Of a stretch of DNA of 41,181 nt, positions 13,956-23,925 are shown piece after piece. The notes beneath the pieces were generated by a model that had not been told where the DNA came from, made no database searches, and saw nothing but the letters and a program-made list of their open reading frames with translations. This DNA comes from a virus, in IMG/VR virus record IMGVR_UViG_3300031825_000032, positions 1 to 41,181 of that record; one strand, given 5' to 3'. Numbering within the stretch: position 1 is the stretch's first letter; every line of letters starts with the position of its first letter. Position numbers and translations under genes: made by a program.

Positions 13956-15985
13956 TGGACGATATTGTCAAGGAAGCCCGTGAGGCGTTCCGCGTCGCCG
14001 AAGAGGCATCGCGCGATAACCACGCCGCTTACAAGGAGGACGTGAAGTTCGCGCGCCTCTCCGATCAGTGGCCCGAAGAGGTGCTGAAGGAGCGCAAGAA
14101 TCCACCCCGGCCTGCGCTCACAGTGAACAAGCTGCCGACGTTCATCAGGCAGGTCGTGAACGATAGTCGCCAGAACAGACCCGCGATTTCTGTACATCCT
14201 GTCGATGACAGCGGTGATCCTGAGACGGCGGAGGTTATGTCTGGGCTCATTCGCAATATCGAGGTGAGTTCGAACGCTGACGTAGCCTATGATACGGCAA
14301 TCGAGTGCGCGGTTGGCGGCGGCTTTGGATACTGGCGCATCAATCTCGAATATTCGTGCGATGACACGTTCGACAAGGACATTGTGTTTGACCGCATCGC
14401 CGACCCGCTCTCGGTGTTTGGCGACCCGAACGATTTCGGCGCGGACAGCGCGGATTGGAATCTAGCGTTCATCGTCACGCAGATCAAAAAGGCGGACTTC
14501 AAGCGCAGGTACAAGGGCGCGCAGGAGACTGACTGGGACGAGGCGACGTGGCAGAACCTGACTGCGCCGTGGATCACTGACGAGGCTATTCAGGTCGCCG
14601 AGTATTGGAAGCGCACGGAGGTTGAAAAGCGCATCCTTGGCCTGACTGACGGTTCGATCATGGCCGAAGACGAGTACGTGCGCTTGCGTGACATGCTCGC
14701 GGCGATGGAAGTGCCGGTGTTCGCGGTTGAGGGGCAGTCGCGCATCGTTCGGTCCTACAAGGTCGAACAGCATATCGTGTCCGGCGCCGAGCCGCTTGAG
14801 AAGGTGGACTGGGCGGGCAAATACATCCCGATCGTCCCCGTGTACGGCGATGAGGTCATCATCGAGGGGCGGCGTCATTGGCGCTCGCTGATCCGCGACG
14901 CGAAGGACGCGCAGCGGATGTTCAACTACTGGCGCACGACGGCCACGGAGATGGTCGCGCTGGCGCCGCGCGTGCCGTACATCGGGCCAAAGGGCGCGTT
15001 CAAATCGGATACCTCGAAGTGGACGACGGCGAACAGTTCAAGCCACGCCTTTATTGAGTATGACGGACCTGTTCCTCCGCAGCGTCAGCCGTTCAACGGT
15101 GTGCCTGCCGGGGTCATTCAGGAAGCCCTGAACTCGTCCGACGACATGAAATCGGTGATGGGGCTTTATGACGCCTCGCTCGGGCGTCAGTCGAACGAAA
15201 CGAGCGGCAAGGCGATCATGGCTCGCCAGCGCGAGGGTGACATTGCCACCTTCCACTTTATCGACAACCTGACCCGCGCCATTCGCCACAGCGGCAAGAT
15301 ACTGATCGACCTGATCCCGAAGGTCTACACGCAGGACCGCGTTATCCGCGTACTTGGCCCCGACATGAAGCCGAAGACGGCGCGCATTGCCGGAGACGTC
15401 CCGCCCGATCCCAAGGCACATATCTATGACATCGCGGCGGGCAAGTACGATCTGACCGTGAAGGCGGGGCCGTCGTTCACCACGCGCCGCGAGGAAGCGG
15501 CAACGCAGATGATCGAGCTTATGCGGGCCATGCCGGACGCTGCGCCGATCATTGGCGACCTGCTCGCGAAGAACCTCGACTGGCCGGGCGCCGACGAGAT
15601 CGCCAAGCGCCTTGAGAAGATGTTGCCGCCCGGCATGAAGGACGAAGAGACCGGCGAGCTGCCGCCCGAGGTTCAACAGCAGATGCAGCAGATGGCGGAG
15701 GCCATTCAGGTGCTCGGCCAGAAGCTGCAAGAGGCTGAAAGCGGGCTGGTGATTGACCGTGAAAAGCTCAAGATCGATGCCGCGAAGGTTGGTGTCGATC
15801 AGTACAAGGCAGAGACCGATCGTATGCAGGCCGTCGCGCCTGCGCTGTCGCCGGAACAGGTGCAGGCGATCGTCATGCAGACTATCGGCGATCTCCTCGC
15901 CGACGCGCAGCTTCCCGAAGCGGAAGAGGGTGCAATGGGGCCAACCGCGATGATGCCGGAGCCCGACATGGTGCCCGCCTACTAA
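13955..15985 (+). CDS. Portal protein
   Basis: TGATG overlap. DQWPEEVLKERKNPPRPALTVNKL...VVNDSRQNRPAISVHP...GGGFGYWRI pattern. About 677 aa, follows TerL. Confidence 0.88.
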   Translation: MDDIVKEAREAFRVAEEASRDNHAAYKEDVKFARLSDQWPEEVLKERKNPPRPALTVNKLPTFIRQVVNDSRQNRPAISVHPVDDSGDPETAEVMSGLIRNIEVSSNADVAYDTAIECAVGGGFGYWRINLEYSCDDTFDKDIVFDRIADPLSVFGDPNDFGADSADWNLAFIVTQIKKADFKRRYKGAQETDWDEATWQNLTAPWITDEAIQVAEYWKRTEVEKRILGLTDGSIMAEDEYVRLRDMLAAMEVPVFAVEGQSRIVRSYKVEQHIVSGAEPLEKVDWAGKYIPIVPVYGDEVIIEGRRHWRSLIRDAKDAQRMFNYWRTTATEMVALAPRVPYIGPKGAFKSDTSKWTTANSSSHAFIEYDGPVPPQRQPFNGVPAGVIQEALNSSDDMKSVMGLYDASLGRQSNETSGKAIMARQREGDIATFHFIDNLTRAIRHSGKILIDLIPKVYTQDRVIRVLGPDMKPKTARIAGDVPPDPKAHIYDIAAGKYDLTVKAGPSFTTRREEAATQMIELMRAMPDAAPIIGDLLAKNLDWPGADEIAKRLEKMLPPGMKDEETGELPPEVQQQMQQMAEAIQVLGQKLQEAESGLVIDREKLKIDAAKVGVDQYKAETDRMQAVAPALSPEQVQAIVMQTIGDLLADAQLPEAEEGAMGPTAMMPEPDMVPAY

Positions 15986-16000
15986 CCTTTAAGGAACAGC

Positions 16001-16900
16001 ATGAACACCGAAACGGCAGCCAACCCGGCTGACGAAGGCGAAGCCACGCCCATTGTGGACGCTGCGCCCGTCACCGAAGCTGAAACCCCCGCCGTGGGCG
16101 ATACGAGCACGGAAACGAAGCCCGAGGAAGGGAGCGAGATCGACGGCCTTGACGGCCTGATCGACGCCAACCCGGAGCCGGAATTTGTCGAAGTCGAGAT
16201 CGACGGTAAGTCGTACAAGGTGCAGGCCGACGCGAAGGACTTCCTTCTCCGTGAGGCCGACTACCGCCGCAAGACAATGTCTGTCGCGGAGGAAAAGCGC
16301 GCACTTGAAGCAGCCAAGCAGGAAATCGCGCAGGCCCGCGCGATCGATGAAGCTGAGTTCAAGGCGCATGTACGGGTGGCGGCGCTTGAAGGCGAGCTTG
16401 CCCGGTATCAGGCGGTCGATTGGCAGTCATGGACTGACGAAGACCCTGTTGAGGCACAGAAGGCGCGCTATCGTTTTGACGAACTGCGTTCCGAATATGC
16501 CAGTCTCTCACAAGAACTAACGCAGCACACCGCACAGAAACAGCTTCAGGCGCAGCAGGATTCTGCCACGCGCCATAGCCAGGTCCTGGCGCAGGTATCG
16601 CGCGAAATTCCGGGCTTCACTCCCGAACTGCAAGACAAGCTGGAATCGTTTGCTGGTCAATACGGCTACACCAAGGACGCCATTCACGCGTCTGCGGAGC
16701 CCCACGACTACAAGCTCCTGCATCTCGCATACGTCGGAAGTCAGGTCATCGAACAGCGGCGCAAGGCTGAAAAGCTGAAGGCTGCCGCTGCCGCAACGCC
16801 AGCGCACCAAGTCTCAGGAGGCGGAGCGTCTGGTTCCACTGACCCATCCCGCATGAGCATGGACGAGTACATCGCGGCTCGAAAAGCGGGGAAAATCTAG
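16001..16900 (+). CDS. Scaffolding protein
   Basis: Acidic and coiled-coil-rich, located between portal and coat; AAGGAA SD. Confidence 0.7.
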   Translation: MNTETAANPADEGEATPIVDAAPVTEAETPAVGDTSTETKPEEGSEIDGLDGLIDANPEPEFVEVEIDGKSYKVQADAKDFLLREADYRRKTMSVAEEKRALEAAKQEIAQARAIDEAEFKAHVRVAALEGELARYQAVDWQSWTDEDPVEAQKARYRFDELRSEYASLSQELTQHTAQKQLQAQQDSATRHSQVLAQVSREIPGFTPELQDKLESFAGQYGYTKDAIHASAEPHDYKLLHLAYVGSQVIEQRRKAEKLKAAAAATPAHQVSGGGASGSTDPSRMSMDEYIAARKAGKI

Positions 16901-16912
16901 GACCCCCACGAA

Positions 16913-18133
16913 ATGGCAAATTCAACTCTTACGATCGATGTCATCGCCAAAGAGGCGCTGATGCATCTCGAAAACAACCTCGTCATGGCCAAGCTGGTTC
17001 ACCGGGCTCACGAAAGCGAGTTCAAGGGCAGCATCAACGGCTATGAGAAGGGTGAGACCATCACCATCCGCCGCCCTGCCGACTTCACCGTCCGCGACGG
17101 CGCCGTGTCGGTCAATCAGGACGTTGTCGAAGGCAGCACTTCGCTGACCGTCGACAAGCAGAAGGGCATCGATTTCGGCTTCACCTCGAAAGAGCTGACG
17201 CTGAACATCAGCGACCTTTCCGATCGCGTCATCAAGCCCGCCATGATCCAGCTCGCCAATCAGGTCGATAAGGACATCATGGCGCTCTACACGTCGGTTC
17301 CTAACTGGGTTGGCACGGCGGGCCAGACGATCAACTCGTTCGCGGACTTCGCGAAGGGGCCGGAGCGTCTGGACGAGTACGCCGTACCGCAGGAAGGCCG
17401 TGCCGCCATCCTGTCCCCGGCTGATCACTGGGCACTGCTCGGTTCGCAGACCGCGCTCTATATCCAGGACGCGGCGAAGGGCGCTTACCGCAACGGTTCG
17501 CTCGGCATGATCGGCGGCGTTGACACGTACATGTCGCAGAATGTCCCGGCGCATATCGTCGGTTCGGACGTGACCACTGTGACGGTCAACCAGTCGGTGA
17601 CGACCTCGACGCTCGCCTATGCAGACGTGAAAACCACGATGCAGCAGACGATCACGATTGCCGGCGGCACTCTCAATCCGGGTGACGTGTTCACCATCGC
17701 GGACGTTAACGCGGTGAATCCGGTGACGAAGGCCGACCTTGGTTTCGCCAAGCAGTTCACGGTGGTTTCGTACAGCTCGAACACCCTCGTGTTCTACCCG
17801 GCGATGATTTGGACCGGCGCGTTCCAGAACGTGAAGGTCACGACCGGCGTTACCGACCTGAACACGAAGGCGATCACCGCCATCGGCACGGCGGGAACGA
17901 GCTATCGTCAGAACATGGTGTTCCACAAGAACGCCTTCGCGCTGGCGATGGTGCCGCTGATCGCGCCTCCGGGTGCGCCTGAAGTGTCGCGTCAGTCGTA
18001 CAAGGGAACGAGCGTTCGCCTCATCCCGACCTATGACGGCACGAACGACAAGTCGAACTATCGACTTGATATCCTTTACGGGGTGAAGGCGATCGATCCG
18101 CGACTTGCAACCCGTCTCTCCGGCACTTCGTAG
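16913..18133 (+). CDS. Major capsid protein (P22 coat-like family)
   Basis: 406 aa. N-terminal LTIDVIAKEALMHLENNLVMAKLVHR...GETITIRRPADF pattern. Followed by a strong hairpin. Confidence 0.85.
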   Translation: MANSTLTIDVIAKEALMHLENNLVMAKLVHRAHESEFKGSINGYEKGETITIRRPADFTVRDGAVSVNQDVVEGSTSLTVDKQKGIDFGFTSKELTLNISDLSDRVIKPAMIQLANQVDKDIMALYTSVPNWVGTAGQTINSFADFAKGPERLDEYAVPQEGRAAILSPADHWALLGSQTALYIQDAAKGAYRNGSLGMIGGVDTYMSQNVPAHIVGSDVTTVTVNQSVTTSTLAYADVKTTMQQTITIAGGTLNPGDVFTIADVNAVNPVTKADLGFAKQFTVVSYSSNTLVFYPAMIWTGAFQNVKVTTGVTDLNTKAITAIGTAGTSYRQNMVFHKNAFALAMVPLIAPPGAPEVSRQSYKGTSVRLIPTYDGTNDKSNYRLDILYGVKAIDPRLATRLSGTS

Positions 18134-18144
18134 CCAATGAGTGG

Positions 18145-18168
18145 GGGCGCTTCGGCGCCCTCATTTTC
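18145..18168 (+). terminator. Hairpin plus T-rich tract after the capsid gene
   Basis: gggcgc ttcg gcgccc (18145-18160), then tcattttctc. Confidence 0.6.
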
Positions 18169-18191
18169 TCTCATTTGAAGGAACAGCGAAC

Positions 18192-18380
18192 ATGGCAAAT
18201 TATGTGGACCCCTATGTTGACGGCAGCGCGATCACGAAGCTGACGGACAGCACGACCGGCACGGCTGGTGACACCATCAATGACACGACTGCGAGCGTGA
18301 AGGATGACCTTGCCTCGCTTGGCGCGAAGATCAACGCGATCATCGACGTCCTGCGCGCCAAGGGCATTATCGCTTCGTAA
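18192..18380 (+). CDS. Small virion-module protein, 62 aa
   Basis: ATG 18192 with GAAGGAA SD; bracketed by two hairpin terminators. Confidence 0.6.
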   Translation: MANYVDPYVDGSAITKLTDSTTGTAGDTINDTTASVKDDLASLGAKINAIIDVLRAKGIIAS

Positions 18381-18385
18381 TCAAG

Positions 18386-18413
18386 CGGGGGGCTTCGGCT
18401 CCCCGTTTCTTTT
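18386..18413 (+). terminator. Rho-independent terminator-like hairpin
   Basis: cggggggc ttcg gctccccg followed by tttctttt. Confidence 0.6.
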
Positions 18414-18425
18414 GCAGGGGGCGGT

Positions 18426-19106
18426 ATGGCGCTTTCCAACTACACGGAATTGCAGGCGTCCATAGCGGACTGGCTTGACCGTGACGACATGACCGCGCGC
18501 ATCGTGGATTGTGTCCATCTCTGCGAAGTGGAGATGAATCGCCGGATCACCGCAACGCCGGTTCGCCCTGCGGAGGCACGTTCGACGGCATCGATGGTCG
18601 TGGACAACGAATACCTTGCGCTTCCCGACGATTTTCTCGGCGCGATTTCATTCGAGATCACGTCGATCACCAATCTTCCATGGCGCATGACCTATATCGA
18701 GCCCGACAACCTCGTCAGGCTGCGCGATATCGAGGAATTGCGACAGGAGCAGATCAAGGCGGAATATGATCTGGCCTATGCGCCGCCCGAACACTACACG
18801 ATGATCGACGGCCAGTTCCGGTTCTCGCCGACGCCGAAAGAGGCGTACACCACGCAGCTTGTGTACTGGGCGACAATTCCCCCACTCGCATCGAACGCGA
18901 CGAACTGGCTGCTGACGAACTACCCGGATTGCTACCTGTACGGCACGCTGGCGATTGCCAACGCAAGCATTCCCGACGACGAACAGGCAGACAAGTTCCT
19001 CGCCATGTTTGACCGCTCCGTGGCTGCGATGCTGGCGAGCTTCCCGACGCCGACAGATAACACGGCGCTCCGCGCGGACCTGCCGATTTACGGGCGCCTC
19101 GTGTGA
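18426..19106 (+). CDS. Virion structural protein, probable head-tail adaptor
   Basis: 226 aa. N-terminal YTELQASIADWLDRDDMTARIVDCVHLCEVEMNRR pattern. Assignment is positional. Confidence 0.6.
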   Translation: MALSNYTELQASIADWLDRDDMTARIVDCVHLCEVEMNRRITATPVRPAEARSTASMVVDNEYLALPDDFLGAISFEITSITNLPWRMTYIEPDNLVRLRDIEELRQEQIKAEYDLAYAPPEHYTMIDGQFRFSPTPKEAYTTQLVYWATIPPLASNATNWLLTNYPDCYLYGTLAIANASIPDDEQADKFLAMFDRSVAAMLASFPTPTDNTALRADLPIYGRLV

Positions 19107-20551
19107 AGCGCTTCCTCGCGTTCGGGGAACTTGCCCCTGACAACGCCCCGCTCAATGCCACGACGCTACAGATCGCGGACGGCTGCGTTCCGATTGCGAA
19201 CGGATATGCGCCGATCAAGCAGTTCGCGGCGGAGAGTGGGCTTACGCTTCCGGCGGCCTGTATGGGCGCGGCATCGTTCAAGTCGCCGGACGATACGACG
19301 TGGACGTTCGCGGGGACTGCGACGAATCTTTATGTCCGCACGCCAAGCGCATGGAGTTCGGTGGGCTCTGGGTACTCGACACCGGAAACCGGGTGGCGGT
19401 TCGAGCAGTTCGGCGGGCTTGTCGTGGCCACAAACGGCGTGGACGTGCCGCAGAAGTTCAACACGCTCGGCGGGTCTGCGTTCACCGCGCTCGCCGGGCC
19501 GCCGCCGAAAATGCGCTACCTCGCGGTCGTGCGGGATTTCCTTGTCGCGGGCTATCTGAACGACAATGGGCTCCTGTTGCAATGGTCCGCGATCAACAAC
19601 GCCGAGGGATGGACGGTCACGACTGACCTTTCCGACTATCAGGCAATGCCGGTGGGCGGAAACATCACGGGGCTCGCGGGCGGTGAATACGGCATCGTGT
19701 TCCAGGAAGACCGCATCGTCCGCATGACGTTCGAGCAGGGGCCGACGGTGTTCCGGTTCGACGAGATTTCGACCAACCTTGGCTGCCGCATTCCCAACAG
19801 CATCGTGCAGGAGGGGCGGAACATCTATTTCTACAGCCCGCGCGGGTTCATGGTGACGGACGGGTCCAGTGTGACCCCGATCGGCAACGAGCGCGTGGAC
19901 AGCTATTTCAACGGGCTCCAGAGCAAGCTCTATCACGCTAACATGTCGGCGGCTGTTGATCCGGTTCGCAAGCTGATCGTGTGGACGGTGCCAGACAAGG
20001 CGGTGCCGGATAAGTGGCTGGTTTATAACTATGCACTGAACCGCTGGACGACGCACACACAGGCAGCCGAACTTGTGATGACGGGGCGCACGCGCGACGT
20101 GACGATTGATGAGGACGTTGCGGGGGTCACTGGTGACGACATTCTCGACACCGCCGATCTTCCGAGCCTCGACAGCGCTGCATTCTTGGGCGGCGACCCG
20201 ACGTTCTACATGTTCAATAGCTCCCATGCGTTCGGAGGGCTCACAGGGGCCAATTCTGCCGCGACGTGGGGCATGGGCGATCTTGAGCTTGCTACGGGCC
20301 AGAGGGCGCGTGTGCGGGCCGTAATGCCCTATATCGACGCGACAAGCGGCCTCACACTGACATTGCAGGGCAAGGCGCGTTTCGGTGATGCGCTGACGAC
20401 AGAAACCTACACGTCGCTGCGGTCGTCGGGGTGGATGCCGGTCCGCTCGAATTGGCGCACGCATCGGCCGAAACTGGCTGTCGCTGCGGGGACGACGTGG
20501 ACCTACGCGCAGGGGCTGGCGTTCGAATATGAGGCGGGGGGCGCGCGATAA
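19103..20551 (+). CDS. Virion structural protein, probable tail tube/nozzle (beta-propeller-like)
   Basis: 482 aa; GTGA overlap. Podovirus context, with no tape-measure gene anywhere in the genome. Confidence 0.65.
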   Translation: MKRFLAFGELAPDNAPLNATTLQIADGCVPIANGYAPIKQFAAESGLTLPAACMGAASFKSPDDTTWTFAGTATNLYVRTPSAWSSVGSGYSTPETGWRFEQFGGLVVATNGVDVPQKFNTLGGSAFTALAGPPPKMRYLAVVRDFLVAGYLNDNGLLLQWSAINNAEGWTVTTDLSDYQAMPVGGNITGLAGGEYGIVFQEDRIVRMTFEQGPTVFRFDEISTNLGCRIPNSIVQEGRNIYFYSPRGFMVTDGSSVTPIGNERVDSYFNGLQSKLYHANMSAAVDPVRKLIVWTVPDKAVPDKWLVYNYALNRWTTHTQAAELVMTGRTRDVTIDEDVAGVTGDDILDTADLPSLDSAAFLGGDPTFYMFNSSHAFGGLTGANSAATWGMGDLELATGQRARVRAVMPYIDATSGLTLTLQGKARFGDALTTETYTSLRSSGWMPVRSNWRTHRPKLAVAAGTTWTYAQGLAFEYEAGGAR

Positions 20552-20892
20552 TGGGACTCTTTGGAAGCATGTCAAAGCTTAAGCGTGATCCTGTTCAGAA
20601 AGGCAGGCCGCTACTCCTCAATCCCGATGGATCGTTTAGCACCGAAGAGAGTATCACGATCACAGACCCGCGCATCAATGGTGGAGCGCCGACGAACATC
20701 CCGTCAATTTGGGGGGGGCGTCGTTATGATGAAGAAAACGCGGTTCTTCAGGCGCTGCAATCAAAGCTCCAGTTTGATGCTTATAAGAATATTGATGAGG
20801 CCGTATGGGCCGCGCGGATGCGGTCTGAAATGCTTGGCAGGGTTCGCGGAAATGAGGCGGAGAAACTGCGCCGAGGGCTACTGGCGAAATGA
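20551..20892 (+). CDS. Hypothetical virion-module protein, 113 aa
   Basis: TAATG overlap at 20551. Confidence 0.6.
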   Translation: MGLFGSMSKLKRDPVQKGRPLLLNPDGSFSTEESITITDPRINGGAPTNIPSIWGGRRYDEENAVLQALQSKLQFDAYKNIDEAVWAARMRSEMLGRVRGNEAEKLRRGLLAK

Positions 20893-21395
20893 CTTTCGCC
20901 CCCAACGTCATCATCAAGGCAACCGAAGCGCCGGTGCAGTCGGTGACAACGGCGAACCTGCCGGAGAATCTGCGGACGCAAGCGGTGTCGAGCGAGATCA
21001 ACAAGATCGCGCAATATGGCGTGATGCCGGTCGGATCGGTGGTTTACTACGCGGGGACTGAATTGCAGCCGATCCCGCTTCGGCATGGCTGGTTGCTATG
21101 TGACGGTTCGGCAATCGAGCGCACGGCGTTTCCGCAACTGTTCAAGCTGATCGGCACGACCTACGGGGCGGGAGACGGATCGACGACGTTCAACCTGCCG
21201 GATGCGCGCGGTGTTTCTGTCACGCCGGAAGCAGCGCCGCCGACTGTTGTTGTGGACGATGGGGGTTCGGTGAATGTCGGCAGCACGGCGCCGCCGCCGC
21301 TTCCTGACCCCGGCACGACGGGCGGGGGTGGGACAATTCCGTCCGGCGGTCGTCCGAAGCTGCCGTACAACATCGATTATTTCACATGGTTCTGA
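20889..21395 (+). CDS. Tail-collar-domain fibre protein
   Basis: GWLLCDGSAIERTAFPQLFKLIGTTYGAGDGSTTFNLPDARG is the phage tail collar motif. Confidence 0.85.
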   Translation: MTFAPNVIIKATEAPVQSVTTANLPENLRTQAVSSEINKIAQYGVMPVGSVVYYAGTELQPIPLRHGWLLCDGSAIERTAFPQLFKLIGTTYGAGDGSTTFNLPDARGVSVTPEAAPPTVVVDDGGSVNVGSTAPPPLPDPGTTGGGGTIPSGGRPKLPYNIDYFTWF

Positions 21396-21763
21396 TGATA
21401 CAGGATTGGGCTGGATACCTTCAGTTTCGCGAAGCCTTCGCGGGCGTGATGGACCCCGAGCACCATACGCCCGAATGGCTGGACGGTGAGATACTTTCGG
21501 GCAGGGCCAAGTTCCTGCGCGGGATGAACGCGGCGATCGTGTTCGAGCGGCGGGAGTACCCGACTGGCGCAGCCGATGTTCATGGGCTGGTGGCTGCCGG
21601 AGACCTCGCCGAGATCGTGGAATATCTGATCCCGGAAGCTGAGGAGTGGGGCCGCGCACACGGTTGCACGGGGGCAGTGATCGAATCGCGTCAAGGTTGG
21701 GTGAAGGCGCTCGCGCCGAGTGGATACGCGCCGCATCAGGTCGCATTGAGGAAGGTGCTGTAA
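21395..21763 (+). CDS. Hypothetical protein, about 122 aa
   Basis: ATG 21395 overlaps the TGA (ATG 21386 is the alternative). Confidence 0.6.
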   Translation: MIQDWAGYLQFREAFAGVMDPEHHTPEWLDGEILSGRAKFLRGMNAAIVFERREYPTGAADVHGLVAAGDLAEIVEYLIPEAEEWGRAHGCTGAVIESRQGWVKALAPSGYAPHQVALRKVL

Positions 21764-23193
21764 TGGGCATTTCAGGCAGCAAGAAAACGAAGACGACGAA
21801 CGAGCCGTGGGCGCCTGCGGCTCCGTACATTTTGAAAGGACTTCAGCAGTCCAGCCAGGTGTTCGACCAGCAGCAGCCGTCGCTGAACAAGTATTCCCAG
21901 GAGGCGTTCGGAACCTACGGACGCATGGCGCCGGGCGCGGAAGCGGGGATTGCCGGATCACAGGGCCTTGTGAATGATACGCTCGCCGGGAAGTACCTTG
22001 AAGGCAACCCGTACCTTGACAGCATCATTGCGAAGAACGCGGGCGACATCCGGGATAATGTCGGCGCCAGCTTTTCGGCATCGGGACGCTATGGTTCCGG
22101 CATGTTCGGCGACACGCTGGCCGACAACATCGGCGAGATGGCGAACAACCTGCGCTATGGGAATTATGCACAGGAGCGCCAGAACCAGATCGGCGCTGTC
22201 GATCAGGCGCAGGGCCTCATGGCGGGCTCGCAGGGCCTTCTGAACAACGCGGCAGAACTGCCGTGGATCGGCGTCGGCGCATTGAACGGCAACGTCCGCA
22301 ATGCGTCTGGCGGCTATGGCACTTCGACGACGAAGCAGAGCGGTGGACTCCTTGACAAGCTGATGAGCGCCGGAACGCAGCTTGGCAGCGCCGCGATTCT
22401 GGCATCCGACGAGCGTGTCAAGCAGAACAAGAAGAAGATCGGCGAGATGGGCGACGGTCTCGGGGTTTACTCCTACGAGTATAAGCCGGAACTCGACCCC
22501 ACGGGCCAGCCGCAGGTCGGCGTCATGGCGCAAGAGGTTGCAGCGAAACGGCCCGAGGCGCTTGGGCCAACCCTCGACGACGGCACGATGACGGTCGATT
22601 ACGGCGCGCTTCAGCAGGACATCCCCGATATTCCCAAGCCGATGAACCGCTTCGACCGCATGTTCGCTATCGGTCTCGACCCCCGCACTGAGGACGGACG
22701 GAAAGCCCTTCTCGCGCAGTCCATTCTTGCGGGTGGCAAGGGCATTATCGGCTCGATCGGACGCGGACTGCTCACGGCAAACCAAGCGGGCTACCAGCGC
22801 ACGCGCGACGAGCAGGACATGGAGCGCGAGGGCCAGAACGACGACATCCGCCGCCGCTACATGGAGGCGCAGATTGCAAAAATGTCAGCACCGTCTGCCC
22901 CGGACCTTCCCGCCATTGTAGACGAATGGAATTACCGTAACAGCCTGCCAGACGCGCAGAGGGCGGATTTTGACAAGTTCCGCCGCCCGGTGCCGTTCCA
23001 GTACACGGACGAAGGTATCGCCGCCGCTGGCAAACGGCAGGAAGCAACGTCCGCAGCGGCTGCGAAGTACCGAGCGCCGTCTGGTGGCGGAGGTGGCGCG
23101 AAGCCCCGCTTCAACACGCTCAAGGTCGGCCAGCAGGTCGGCGGGCGTACCTATACGGGCGGCAACCCGTCCGATCCGAAATCCTGGAGGTAG
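21763..23193 (+). CDS. Internal/ejection-like virion protein with an embedded S74-type intramolecular chaperone domain
   Basis: TAATG overlap. SDERVKQNKKKIGEMGDGLGVYSYEYKPE...GVMAQEVAAKRPEAL...VDYGAL lies mid-protein. C-terminus is GGNPSDPKSWR. Confidence 0.75.
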   Translation: MGISGSKKTKTTNEPWAPAAPYILKGLQQSSQVFDQQQPSLNKYSQEAFGTYGRMAPGAEAGIAGSQGLVNDTLAGKYLEGNPYLDSIIAKNAGDIRDNVGASFSASGRYGSGMFGDTLADNIGEMANNLRYGNYAQERQNQIGAVDQAQGLMAGSQGLLNNAAELPWIGVGALNGNVRNASGGYGTSTTKQSGGLLDKLMSAGTQLGSAAILASDERVKQNKKKIGEMGDGLGVYSYEYKPELDPTGQPQVGVMAQEVAAKRPEALGPTLDDGTMTVDYGALQQDIPDIPKPMNRFDRMFAIGLDPRTEDGRKALLAQSILAGGKGIIGSIGRGLLTANQAGYQRTRDEQDMEREGQNDDIRRRYMEAQIAKMSAPSAPDLPAIVDEWNYRNSLPDAQRADFDKFRRPVPFQYTDEGIAAAGKRQEATSAAAAKYRAPSGGGGGAKPRFNTLKVGQQVGGRTYTGGNPSDPKSWR

Positions 23194-23196
23194 ATT

Positions 23197-23925
23197 ATGG
23201 AGCCGTGGGAAATGGATTGGACCGGCGTCAAGGTCGATGCGACCACGCCAGCCCAGAACAAGGGAAAGCTCAGCGTTCAGGATAACAAGTTCCTGAATGA
23301 GCTTCGCCCCGCGTCTCAGGCGGGCATCGACGCACAGAATGAGTATTACCGTGCCGCGCAGGCTATCGATCGCTTCAAGCCCTCGCCGTGGCGCGGGAAG
23401 CTGCACGACATGGCCCTCCCGCAAGAGAATGGCGGGATGGGCGATGCGCTCGGCGCTGCGGTCATGGGGCCGATCCTACGCGGCATTGGAGTGGTGACGC
23501 CGCAATCAGTGGACGATTTCCAGACGTTGAAGGGCCTCCAGTCAGAACGTGTTCTGTCAACGCAGCTTGCCCAGAAGGGGCCGCAGACGGAATCCGACGC
23601 GGCGCGTATGCAGCTTTCCGAAATTAGCCCGTACAAGAGCAAGAAGGCGAATGTCGCCGTCATTGATGCCGGGATGCGGAAAGCCACACTCGGTGCGAAC
23701 AAGGCGGACTTCTACACGCGGTGGGTAAGCAAGTACGGGCTGAACGGGCTCGATGAGGGTGGACGTTCGGTTGACAACGCATGGTTCGAGGTGTCGCGCA
23801 CGGCGCGCAACCCGAAGCCGAAGAAGGCGAACGCTTACGGCATGGTCCCCGGAACGATGGAAGATGGATTCCAGTACCTCGGCGGCGATCCTGCGAACCC
23901 CAAAAGCTGGCGGAAGGCGAAATAA
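23197..23925 (+). CDS. Internal/ejection-like virion protein, 242 aa
   Basis: Starts MEPWEMDW and ends GGDPANPKSWRKAK. Assignment is positional. Confidence 0.65.
   Translation: MEPWEMDWTGVKVDATTPAQNKGKLSVQDNKFLNELRPASQAGIDAQNEYYRAAQAIDRFKPSPWRGKLHDMALPQENGGMGDALGAAVMGPILRGIGVVTPQSVDDFQTLKGLQSERVLSTQLAQKGPQTESDAARMQLSEISPYKSKKANVAVIDAGMRKATLGANKADFYTRWVSKYGLNGLDEGGRSVDNAWFEVSRTARNPKPKKANAYGMVPGTMEDGFQYLGGDPANPKSWRKAK

Noticed and set aside
19166-20575. 469-aa minus-strand ORF antisense to the 482-aa structural gene. Similar long shadow ORFs occur at 16922-17926, 11505-12431, 5760-6566, 21096-21830, 15038-15730, 21958-22785 and 28266-29114.
   Set aside because: They are Arg/Pro/His-rich low-complexity translations lying exactly antisense to genes with clear family motifs. 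This is a typical high-GC shadow-frame artefact, with no SD or operon logic.
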